Shown here piece by piece: positions 21,038 to 29,458 of a stretch of 47,486 nucleotides of DNA. The stretch lies in contig DDDX01000057.1 in NCBI GenBank assembly GCA_002339085.1, positions 1 through 47,486 of the forward strand. The letters run 5' to 3'. Numbering within the stretch: the first letter of the stretch is position 1; every line of letters begins with the position of its first letter. The notes beneath the pieces are model-generated. The model saw only the letters and a program-made list of their open reading frames with translations, searched no databases and was not told the origin of the DNA. The stretch comes from Cellvibrionales bacterium UBA1969 (GTDB taxonomy: Bacteria > Pseudomonadota > Gammaproteobacteria > Pseudomonadales > UBA7434). The position numbers were made by a program, and so were the translations under genes.

Positions 21038-21063
21038 TGTTCATTCCTTATAAAGAAGTTTCA

Positions 21064-21909
21064 TTAAAGCAACGACGCTGTTGACAACACACCTAAATAT
21101 TTTGCAATTGCAGGACCTCGTAAAACCTCAAGGGGCTGCCAGTCTTCTAAGGGTTCATTGTCAGCCAGCCAAGCCACTACTGATGCAATCGCTTGCGGCG
21201 TGCAAGATTTAAAACCCTTTAACACCTTTTCATCAATGCCTAACTCTCGCATCACCTCTGTGATGACCGTCCCAGGCTCCAAATTAAAAACTCTTAAACC
21301 GCTGTCTTTATGCTCAGCTCGGAGAGAACCGGCCATTCGACCGAAGGCCGCTTTTGACGACGGATAAGCAAATCCCCAACCACCCTCGCTAGCCGGCGCA
21401 GGGGGATCATTAAAGGCAGTAAATGAGACCATATTAATCACTGTGCTTGAACTTAGCGACAGCATGCTTGGCAGTAAAGTTTTGACTAAGGCTAACGGCG
21501 TAAAAATATTACTTTGATAAATATTTTTAAGCTGTTGATCAGTCACCTCAAGCAAATTTTGTTGATTGCCATCGCCTTGATACACCGCGTTATTAAACAG
21601 TAAATCAATCTGACCAAAATGGGCCATCGCCTGTTCTGCAGCAGAGACAACCGATGCCTGATCAAGAATATCTGCTTTTAAGCAAAGTGCCTCAGCACCG
21701 ACTTCATTCACCGCCTGCGCTGTTGCCGCTAAACTGCCGGGCAGCGCTCGCTGGCCAACGGCATAGTTTTGTGCCTCACCCTCATTCAAGGTTCTGGCAG
21801 TTATTGCTACATCCCAGCCGACTTTGGCCAAGGCCACGGCAGACTCAGCACCGATGCCTCGACTAGCGCCAGTAATAAACGCAACCTTTCGTGTTTGCTT
21901 ATTCGTCAT
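21064..21909 (-). CDS. Short-chain dehydrogenase/reductase (SDR)
   Basis: TGASRGIG, LFNNA, YPSSK catalytic YxxxK. Confidence 0.9.
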   Translation of the reverse strand: MTNKQTRKVAFITGASRGIGAESAVALAKVGWDVAITARTLNEGEAQNYAVGQRALPGSLAATAQAVNEVGAEALCLKADILDQASVVSAAEQAMAHFGQIDLLFNNAVYQGDGNQQNLLEVTDQQLKNIYQSNIFTPLALVKTLLPSMLSLSSSTVINMVSFTAFNDPPAPASEGGWGFAYPSSKAAFGRMAGSLRAEHKDSGLRVFNLEPGTVITEVMRELGIDEKVLKGFKSCTPQAIASVVAWLADNEPLEDWQPLEVLRGPAIAKYLGVLSTASLL

Positions 21910-22088
21910 ACCTACCTACTTAATTATCGTAACCACTTAACAGTTATTGATGATGGCTTCCCTAACGCTTCGTTGGCTGTAAACGTCACTTTACACATTG
22001 TAAGCCATAGTTATAATAAAGTGACTTACTATAATGAAAGCCTATAAATAGTTTATATTATCGCCTCTTACTCTGCTTAGGACGTCTC

Positions 22089-23120
22089 ATGTTTGAAGTT
22101 TTTGCTGCCACCCCCGAAACGATGTCTCCGGCTGAAATTGGCCAACACGCGAAACGTGCTGAAAAAATGGGCTTTAATGGCCTGCAAGTACCCGATGCGG
22201 TTCACGACGGACTATTATTGGCGGCTTTAGCACTCAATGCGACATCATCTTTAGTGGTGTCTACTAGTGTCTTAGTCGCCTTTCCGCGCAGTCCTATGAC
22301 GGTTGCCGTCGCATCATGGGACTTGCAGCAACTCTCCAAAGGTCGCTTTGAAATTGGTCTCGGCACACAAGTTAAAGGCAATATTGAAAAGCGCTACAGC
22401 GCTCACTGGGGTTCACCTGTTCCTCACCTCCGCGAGTACATGCAATCGCTAAGGACGATTTTTAATGCCTTTCAAACGGGTGAGCGACTCAACTTTGAAG
22501 GTGAATATTATCAATTTTCAAAACTACAACCATTTTTTAACCCCGGCCCTATTGAACACCCTGATATCCCTATTTTAGCGGGCGCAGTTGGCCCTAACAT
22601 GACCAAAATGGTGGGGGCTATAGCAGACGGTATGATTACTCACCCAACTAATACACCACCACGCTATATTCGCGAGGTGTGCATTCCTCGTCTTAATGAG
22701 GGCTTCGCGCGTAGCGGGCGCAGTGGTGATGACGATGACTTTAAACTCATTCTTGGCCCGCTCACGGCCACTGGCAAAGACCAAGCGACCGTCAATGCCG
22801 AGTGGGAAAAGCAACGTGGCTTATTGGGTTTTCTATACTCTACTCCTGCTTATTGGCCGAGTTTAGAACTGTTTGGCTGGCTAGAAAAAGGGCAGCAATT
22901 ACTCGATATGACCCGTGAAGGTAACTGGTCAGTGATGAAAGATATCTTATCAGATGAAATGCTTCACGAGTTTGTACCGAAAGGCACTTATGATGAAATT
23001 GCTGAAGTGATGATCAATCGCTATCAAGGTCTGACCAAACGAATTACCTTTCCTATTCCAGAAGATCCTGCCGACGATGCCCTAGCAATGAAAGCAATTG
23101 AACTCTTGCGGGGTAATTAA
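22089..23120 (+). CDS. Luciferase-like (LLM) oxidoreductase, resembles the TIGR03617 F420-associated family
   Basis: VAFPRSPMTVA, GRFEIGLGTQVKGNIEKRYS, PFFNPGP, YSTPAY. Confidence 0.82.
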   Translation: MFEVFAATPETMSPAEIGQHAKRAEKMGFNGLQVPDAVHDGLLLAALALNATSSLVVSTSVLVAFPRSPMTVAVASWDLQQLSKGRFEIGLGTQVKGNIEKRYSAHWGSPVPHLREYMQSLRTIFNAFQTGERLNFEGEYYQFSKLQPFFNPGPIEHPDIPILAGAVGPNMTKMVGAIADGMITHPTNTPPRYIREVCIPRLNEGFARSGRSGDDDDFKLILGPLTATGKDQATVNAEWEKQRGLLGFLYSTPAYWPSLELFGWLEKGQQLLDMTREGNWSVMKDILSDEMLHEFVPKGTYDEIAEVMINRYQGLTKRITFPIPEDPADDALAMKAIELLRGN

Positions 23121-23156
23121 TCATATTCTAATACCCAACTATAAACAATCAAGCAG

Positions 23157-23195
23157 GCAAAAAAAAAGCCCAAAATACTATTGGGCTTTTTTTGC
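23157..23195. terminator. Bidirectional Rho-independent terminator
   Basis: A9-GCCCAA-loop-TTGGGC-T7 between convergent LLM and monooxygenase genes. Confidence 0.88.
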
Positions 23196-23209
23196 TTAAA
23201 AAATTTTCT

Positions 23210-24406
23210 TTATAAGAACACATCGCCGTTTTCAAGGCCTAACTGGGTAGCCCCCAAATTGCGGCTGAAGCTGGTTGGGTTATTGGCAACATGGGCTCTT
23301 GCTGTATGAATGTCCAAGAATCGTTGCTGAATGTCACTGTCCAAGAAAACAGAACCGCCACCGGCAACATTAAATAAATGGTCGACTACAGCGATACTCT
23401 TTTCAATAATCAACGATGATTGATAGCGATACATAATGCGCTCGTCCATAGGGATTTCTTGGCCTGAATTAACGCATTCCATCATACGATCAAAGTTACG
23501 CATGAGGATGCATTCCATTTCATCGATACCGTTAGCTGCAAAAGCAATACGTTCATTCGTGCCAACGTCACCAGCTAATTTAGTTGGATCTGCACTGGCT
23601 TTATTTTTAACTAAATCTTTGTACAAACGTAGTGCTTCCTTACAAGAACCAATCGCTGGGGTACAGACGGTTCGAGCAAAGACTTGACCCCAAGGAATTT
23701 GATAAACCGGCGCCTTATTCACATCATAGCCAGGATTAGTCAGATTAAATCCATCCATTTGTTTATGAGTTCGGTGATCAGGGACAAATACCTCTTTAAC
23801 CACGACGTCATTACTGCCAGTACCCTGAAGACCCATTACTTGCCAAGTATCGACTATTTCATAATCGGAATTAGGGATTAGGAAAGTTCGATAACCCTCG
23901 CCAGGTATAATGCCACCTAACAAGGCCCAAGTGCAGTGGCCTGAACCACTGGACCAACCCCATCGACCACTAAATTTAAACCCACCTTCTACTGGCTCAG
24001 CCTTGCCCATAGGAGCATAAGAGGAACTGACGCGAGTATGAATATCATCAGCCCAAACGTCTTGCTGAGCTTGGTCAGGCATTAGAGCCAACTGAAAAGG
24101 GTGAACAGCAACAATACCCATTGCCCATGAAGTGGACATACAACCTTCGGCAAGTGCCATGCTAAATTTGAAAAAATGCTGAGGATCCAATTCATAACCG
24201 CCGTAACGTTTTGGCTGAAGAGCCAAGAAAAAACCTAAATCTTGTAACTCTTGAACACTCTCATCTGGCACCCGACGGTCTTCTTTAGCCTGATTAGCTC
24301 GCTCACGTAAACGTGGCTGCATCTCGACAATACCCTGCAAAATACCCTCTGCAATAGCATTCTTTTCTTCTTGTTCGGTCAGTACTTGTGCTGCTTGTGC
24401 GCCCAT
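23210..24406 (-). CDS. hsaA: Flavin-dependent monooxygenase oxygenase component, HsaA-like (ACAD fold)
   Basis: LQPKRYGG, VAVHPFQLAL, VSSSYAPMG, SGRWGWSSGSGHCTW, GLQGTGSN, QRFLDIHTARAHVANN resemble 3-HSA hydroxylase HsaA. Confidence 0.75.
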   Translation of the reverse strand: MGAQAAQVLTEQEEKNAIAEGILQGIVEMQPRLRERANQAKEDRRVPDESVQELQDLGFFLALQPKRYGGYELDPQHFFKFSMALAEGCMSTSWAMGIVAVHPFQLALMPDQAQQDVWADDIHTRVSSSYAPMGKAEPVEGGFKFSGRWGWSSGSGHCTWALLGGIIPGEGYRTFLIPNSDYEIVDTWQVMGLQGTGSNDVVVKEVFVPDHRTHKQMDGFNLTNPGYDVNKAPVYQIPWGQVFARTVCTPAIGSCKEALRLYKDLVKNKASADPTKLAGDVGTNERIAFAANGIDEMECILMRNFDRMMECVNSGQEIPMDERIMYRYQSSLIIEKSIAVVDHLFNVAGGGSVFLDSDIQQRFLDIHTARAHVANNPTSFSRNLGATQLGLENGDVFL

Positions 24407-24542
24407 TTTCATTTGCCTCAAAGCGAATATGTAGATTTTTTAAAATCATTACAGATGTATACGCCTCTTTTCCAAGAAAGTATCAAACTGCATCTAGAAT
24501 TCTATTATATCGATCGAATATTGAGAAACAATAAGCGTAAAA

Positions 24543-24568
24543 GGTCATCAAAAGTGGCTTTTGACCTA
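24543..24568 (-). terminator. Possible terminator downstream of srkA
   Basis: Imperfect inverted repeat AGGTCATCAAAAG-TGG-CTTTTGACCT flanked by A runs (T-tail on -). Confidence 0.45.
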
Positions 24569-24607
24569 AAAAACGTGCCGTTAAGGTCATTGTTGGGAAT
24601 GGCTACA

Positions 24608-25720
24608 TTATAGCGGGTCAGGTAAACGTAGACTGGGCTCCGCCAACGATGACACCAGCTCCTTTAGCTCAAGAATATGTTCTGACCAATAGCGCTCAGT
24701 ATTGAACCAAGGGAAGCTAATGGGGAACGCTGGATCATCCCAGCGGCGCGCCAACCAAGCACTGTAATGCAAAACCCGCAGCGCCCTGAGCGGCTCTATT
24801 AGACTCAACTCGGCAGAATTAAACGGGTAAAAAGCCTCATAGCCCTCGATAATTTCACTCAATTGGTGTTGCTTATTGAGGGTATCACCCGACAGTAGCA
24901 TCCATAAATCCTGAATAGCAGGGCCGGTCATTGCATCGTCAAAATCAACAAAGTGCGGCCGATCATTGCGCCACAACACATTGCCTGGATGGCAATCACC
25001 ATGCAGACTTACGCGATTAAATCGTGGGTTATCAAGCGAGGATGCATCAATTGCTGCCAGTAATTGTTCGGTAATCGATTGATAAGCAGCTCGTAAATCA
25101 GCGGGAATAAAGTTTTTTTCAAGCAAGTAAGCCACACTGCTGTGACCAAAATCTGCTACATTTAAAGCGACCCGATGCTTAAACGGATAACTGGCACCAA
25201 CGGCATGAATGCGACCAATAAATTGCCCTAACTGATAAAGATGTTCAAGATTATCAAGCTCGGGCGCTCTGCCCCCTTGACGCACATAAATTGAAAAATA
25301 AAAATCTTGATAGCTGCCAAGGGTCGGCGTGTCGCTGTCATTAATCGACAGTGGTGGCACCACAGGGATATCCAAATCATAGAGCTGTTGCGTAAAGCCA
25401 TGCTCCTCTATGATCTGCTCTACTGTCCAACGTTCTGGGCGATAAAACTTAACGATCACCGGTTCAGACTCTTCAATACCCACTTGATAAACACGATTCT
25501 CATAACTGTTCAACGCCAAGATTCTTGCATCAGAGAAACGCTGTGTGGATTCAACCGCATCAATGACGACATCGGGCGTTAGCCGCTGATAGGGGTGTGC
25601 GCTTATCGATTGCTGAACGGATAATGGAGCTACTTGCCCGACATGAGCGTCATCGTCAGATAGACGATTACCACGATTGTCGTCATCAAGTTCATCTTTC
25701 TTGGGCGGTAAGTTACTCAC
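24608..25720 (-). CDS. srkA: Stress response Ser/Thr kinase SrkA (RdoA/YihE)
   Basis: LNSYENRVYQ, KFYRPERW, LHGDCHPGN, VDFDD, QDLWMLL, RRWDDPAFP. Confidence 0.94.
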   Translation of the reverse strand: MSNLPPKKDELDDDNRGNRLSDDDAHVGQVAPLSVQQSISAHPYQRLTPDVVIDAVESTQRFSDARILALNSYENRVYQVGIEESEPVIVKFYRPERWTVEQIIEEHGFTQQLYDLDIPVVPPLSINDSDTPTLGSYQDFYFSIYVRQGGRAPELDNLEHLYQLGQFIGRIHAVGASYPFKHRVALNVADFGHSSVAYLLEKNFIPADLRAAYQSITEQLLAAIDASSLDNPRFNRVSLHGDCHPGNVLWRNDRPHFVDFDDAMTGPAIQDLWMLLSGDTLNKQHQLSEIIEGYEAFYPFNSAELSLIEPLRALRVLHYSAWLARRWDDPAFPISFPWFNTERYWSEHILELKELVSSLAEPSLRLPDPL

Positions 25721-26651
25721 CTTTGACCTCGTCAGACACTCTAGCCTTGGCTAAATGACTGCATAGTTCCTCTGCGCCGAGCAAAATACGCGGCGCATGG
25801 CGCACCATAGTATCGGCATTGATGACAAAAAGCTGATTTTTTTTGACCGCTGTAATACTGGGCCAAAGCTGCCAATCGTCAAACCAAGACGGCCTTTTGC
25901 TATTAGATACGCCGGTAATAATCAGCTCTGGATCTAAAGCAATTACCGCTTCAACCGTGACTTTTGGTGCGATTTCTCGCTGCTTGGCAAAAACATTAAC
26001 GCCACCGCATAAGCTGATCACGTCATTGACGATATGTTTATCGTTCAAGGTTTGCATTGGCCGATGCCATATTTGGTAAAAGACCCTAACCGGTCGTTGA
26101 TGATGGTAGCGCTGAGTTAATTCGTCTAAGCGTCTAGCATAGCTAAGAGCAGCTCGATTGGCCGAAACTGAATGACCGGTTAATTGCCCAAGTGTTCGTA
26201 ATAATTGCTCTACATCTGCTAAGCGCTGCGGCTCTGAAGCAAATACCGTAAGGCCTAAATCTCTCAGTTTCTGTATTTTATCAACACCAAAGCCAGACGC
26301 CCAAACCACCACTAAATCGGGAGCCAAGGCTAAAATCTTTTCGTAATTGATGGTATTGTGCGATGCGACACGAGGTATCGTTCTTGCCTGCGGTGGGTAG
26401 TCAGAGTGATCAGCTACGGCCACGACCGTATGAGCCGCATCGATCGCATAAATACTCTCAACTAAATTAGGCCCCAATAAAATAACTCTTTGAGCCGCTT
26501 GTTCCAAGTTAATTTCTACGCCTAAATCATCTATTAAACGAATGGGTGCGGACCATGCAAATGCGTTAATAAAAAAAGATAAAAACACGCTTAGGACAAT
26601 AAAATTACGTTTCCTTGCGTGATGCTTTGCAATAGCGCCAAGTCTTAACAT
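25713..26651 (-). CDS. btuF: Cobalamin ABC transporter periplasmic binding protein (BtuF-like)
   Basis: Signal peptide, SDYPPQA, EKILALAPDLV, CGGVNVF, VTVEAVIALDP, RHAPR...LC; in operon with cobO. Confidence 0.8.
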   Translation of the reverse strand: MLRLGAIAKHHARKRNFIVLSVFLSFFINAFAWSAPIRLIDDLGVEINLEQAAQRVILLGPNLVESIYAIDAAHTVVAVADHSDYPPQARTIPRVASHNTINYEKILALAPDLVVVWASGFGVDKIQKLRDLGLTVFASEPQRLADVEQLLRTLGQLTGHSVSANRAALSYARRLDELTQRYHHQRPVRVFYQIWHRPMQTLNDKHIVNDVISLCGGVNVFAKQREIAPKVTVEAVIALDPELIITGVSNSKRPSWFDDWQLWPSITAVKKNQLFVINADTMVRHAPRILLGAEELCSHLAKARVSDEVKGE

Positions 26652-26656
26652 ACTCG

Positions 26657-27451
26657 CTAAAACTCTCTTATCACAAGTGGTTTAGCCGTCTTAGGGTGGG
26701 CAAGAATATCAACTTCAATTCCATATGCATGCCGTATTGACGCAGCCGTAATCACATCATCTGGGCTGCCAGCGACAAGTAATTGACCCTCTTTTAAAAG
26801 AGCGCATTGATCGGCATAAGCCGCCGCTAAATTTAGATCGTGAAGCACGACAGCGACCGCCAAGCCAGCAGCACAAAATTCTTTAAGCAATATCATTAAA
26901 CTGGATTGATGCGATAAATCGAGTGACGAAACTGGCTCATCTAACAATAGTACACTGCCAGAACTTATCGACATATCAGCATCTAAAATAAGCTGTGACA
27001 GCACTCGAGCAAGTTGTGTCCGCTGCTGCTCACCGCCTGACAGTGAGGTATAACAGCGACCAGCTAAAGTCGTTAATTGCATCATTGTGAGTAGCTTATC
27101 AGTGATGGCGGTATCAACCGTGAAGCCTGTCTTATGAGGAAAACGGCCAAGCATAATGACCTCCCTCACTGAAAAAGGAAAATTCAACACTGACTGCTGA
27201 GGCAGCATGGCTAATATTTTTGCCCGCTGCTGTGGACTAAAACCAGCAACCGATCGGTCCTGCAATAAAATCTTGCCACTGTAATCACTAACGTTATTAA
27301 CGCAATTTAGCAAACTGGTTTTACCTGCGCCGTTTGGTCCTAACACAGCCAGCATTTGACCGGCCGCTAAGCGCAAATCGACATCCTTCACCAATGACTG
27401 CCCATCACGATGCAGGGACACAGACTCAAAGCGCAATACAGTATCGCTCAT
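26657..27451 (-). CDS. Metal-chelate ABC transporter ATPase (BtuD/HmuV-like)
   Basis: GPNGAGKT, LSGGEQQR, LLLDEP, LHDLNLAA. Confidence 0.88.
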   Translation of the reverse strand: MSDTVLRFESVSLHRDGQSLVKDVDLRLAAGQMLAVLGPNGAGKTSLLNCVNNVSDYSGKILLQDRSVAGFSPQQRAKILAMLPQQSVLNFPFSVREVIMLGRFPHKTGFTVDTAITDKLLTMMQLTTLAGRCYTSLSGGEQQRTQLARVLSQLILDADMSISSGSVLLLDEPVSSLDLSHQSSLMILLKEFCAAGLAVAVVLHDLNLAAAYADQCALLKEGQLLVAGSPDDVITAASIRHAYGIEVDILAHPKTAKPLVIREF

Positions 27452-27458
27452 AATATAC

Positions 27459-28514
27459 TCACTGCAAGCCATGGCTGCGACGCTGCCGCAGTAAAAAAAT
27501 GAAGAATGGCGCACCTAACACTGCCGTTACGACACCGACAGGTAATTCAGCTGGTGAGACCAGCGACCGGGCTAACACATCGGCCAGAACCAGCAAAATG
27601 CCCCCAGCCAAAGCTGAACACAGCATCAACTGCCGGTGACTTGGACCAACCACCATTCTTAATAAATGCGGCACCACTAATCCGACAAAACCTATCACCC
27701 CCGCCAGTGCAACCGAGGTGGCGACCGCCAAGGCTACCATAACAATTAATAAGCGTTTGAGATGACTAACGTTAACACCTAAATAATGGGCTTCAGATTC
27801 GCCCAGCAAGAGCGCATCCAAAGACCTATGCGAACGCCAGACGATGAACATGGCGGGCAAAATAATGAATACCCCAAATATAAGTCGTTGATCATTAGCG
27901 CCATCAAGACCACCCATATTCCACAGACTGATACGCCGCAGTGTTTCATTATCAGCAACGAAAGCCAAAGCGCTATTGGCCGCACCAGCCAGCGCTGTGA
28001 TCGCAATACCGACTAATAACATGGTGGCCACCGAGTTGCCCTGCCCTGATAATAATGATCCAGTCTTAGCTGAAAGCGGCGTTTCGCTCGCCAATCTATA
28101 AACGATCAAAACTGCCAACAATCCACCTATGAAAGCGCCCACCACTAAACCAGACAGACCAAGCCAAACATCGATTTGTGGACCAATAATCACTACTGCA
28201 ACACTGGCACCAAGAGACGCGCCGCTAGTAACACCGATAATCGATGGGTCTGCCAGTGGGTTGCGAAATAGCCCTTGCATCGCCGCGCCAGATAACGCCA
28301 AGCCGCTACCCACTAACCAGGCTAGAAAGGTCCGTGGTAAGCGTAGCTCTCTGACAATGGCATAACTGCTCATTAAATTAGGCTCAGCCGGCGACTGAGA
28401 AGACAGTAAGTAAGGCAGCTGACTCAACACTTGAGGCGGGGTAATCGCAACAGGACCGACACACAAGCCTAAAAACAATACCAGCGGCGTCATTAATAGC
28501 AACAAGGTGGGCAT
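27459..28514 (-). CDS. FecCD-family ABC permease (BtuC/HmuU-like)
   Basis: LRLPR, QGLFRNPLADPSIIGV, LGESEAHYLGV, GFVGLVVPH, ELPVGVVT. Confidence 0.9.
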   Translation of the reverse strand: MPTLLLLMTPLVLFLGLCVGPVAITPPQVLSQLPYLLSSQSPAEPNLMSSYAIVRELRLPRTFLAWLVGSGLALSGAAMQGLFRNPLADPSIIGVTSGASLGASVAVVIIGPQIDVWLGLSGLVVGAFIGGLLAVLIVYRLASETPLSAKTGSLLSGQGNSVATMLLVGIAITALAGAANSALAFVADNETLRRISLWNMGGLDGANDQRLIFGVFIILPAMFIVWRSHRSLDALLLGESEAHYLGVNVSHLKRLLIVMVALAVATSVALAGVIGFVGLVVPHLLRMVVGPSHRQLMLCSALAGGILLVLADVLARSLVSPAELPVGVVTAVLGAPFFIFLLRQRRSHGLQ

Positions 28515-29143
28515 TAAAAGTCGACACCTTTACGGGCCATAATACCGGAATTGAATGCATGTTTGACTTCTTTGACCTCGGAGACAGTATCCATAACAGC
28601 TTGTAAAGATGAGCCGCCGCCACGACCGGTAACTACCACACTTTGATTGACAGGACGTTTAGCAATTGCATCAAGAACCTTTTGCTCATCGAGATAATCA
28701 AAAGACAGCATATAGGTTAACTCATCAAGTACAACCAAATGAACCGAGTCATCAGCGAGTAATTGTCTAGCAACTTCCCAGGTCTTTTTAGCTGCGGCAA
28801 TATCGCCACCGCGATCTTGCGTATCCCATGTAAAGCCAGTACCCATTTGATAGAAAGTGACATCTGGACATTGGTCGCGAAGGTATAACTCTTCACCCGA
28901 TAGTTGCTCACCTTTAATAAATTGCACCACACCGACTTTATAGCCGTAACCTAAGGCGCGGATGACCATACCAAATGCTGAACTGGTTTTTCCTTTGCCA
29001 TTACCGGTTAATAATATGCCGACACCTCGCTCTTTATCGGCAGCGGCAATACTGGAATCGATATTGGTTTTTTGTTTTTTCATGGCCGCTTCATGCTTGG
29101 CGTTTTTTCGCGCCTCATCAACTGACTGCTTATTATCTGACAT
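28514..29143 (-). CDS. cobO: Cob(I)alamin adenosyltransferase
   Basis: TGNGKGKTSSAFG, VVQFIKG, LDEL, VVTGR, KHAFNSG..ARKGVDF. Confidence 0.94.
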   Translation of the reverse strand: MSDNKQSVDEARKNAKHEAAMKKQKTNIDSSIAAADKERGVGILLTGNGKGKTSSAFGMVIRALGYGYKVGVVQFIKGEQLSGEELYLRDQCPDVTFYQMGTGFTWDTQDRGGDIAAAKKTWEVARQLLADDSVHLVVLDELTYMLSFDYLDEQKVLDAIAKRPVNQSVVVTGRGGGSSLQAVMDTVSEVKEVKHAFNSGIMARKGVDF

Positions 29144-29408
29144 AAAACAATGGACCTCGAATAATTATTAGCAATACGGCCAGCATATCATAGACACTGG
29201 CCATGAATCACGATTGAATGATTTAGTATTAATCAACTCGATAATCACTCATTGAGACGGGATTTTAGCAGAAAGCGTATTTAAATCTGCACCAGTAATG
29301 GCCAAGTGGGATGAGCGGTATGTGTGTCGCTCTTACTGAGCTATAAAGCTTTACTAAAAGATAATTTGCTAAGGGAAGGTGACTGTATTCACCCTAATGT
29401 GAATTGGT

Positions 29409-29439
29409 AAAAAAACCGCGACTTTTGGCCGCGGTTTTT
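29409..29439 (-). terminator. Rho-independent terminator of the beta-helix gene
   Basis: A7-CCGCG-loop-CGCGG-T5 about 20 nt after the stop at 29459. Confidence 0.8.
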
Positions 29440-29458
29440 AAGGTAACAAGTGATATAA

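Noticed and set aside
29144-29408. Cobalamin riboswitch upstream of cobO
   Set aside because: The only AAGGGAA plus hairpin (~29371-29395) is on the wrong strand, and the GCCCCCGCAACTGT / AGACCT core elements are absent.
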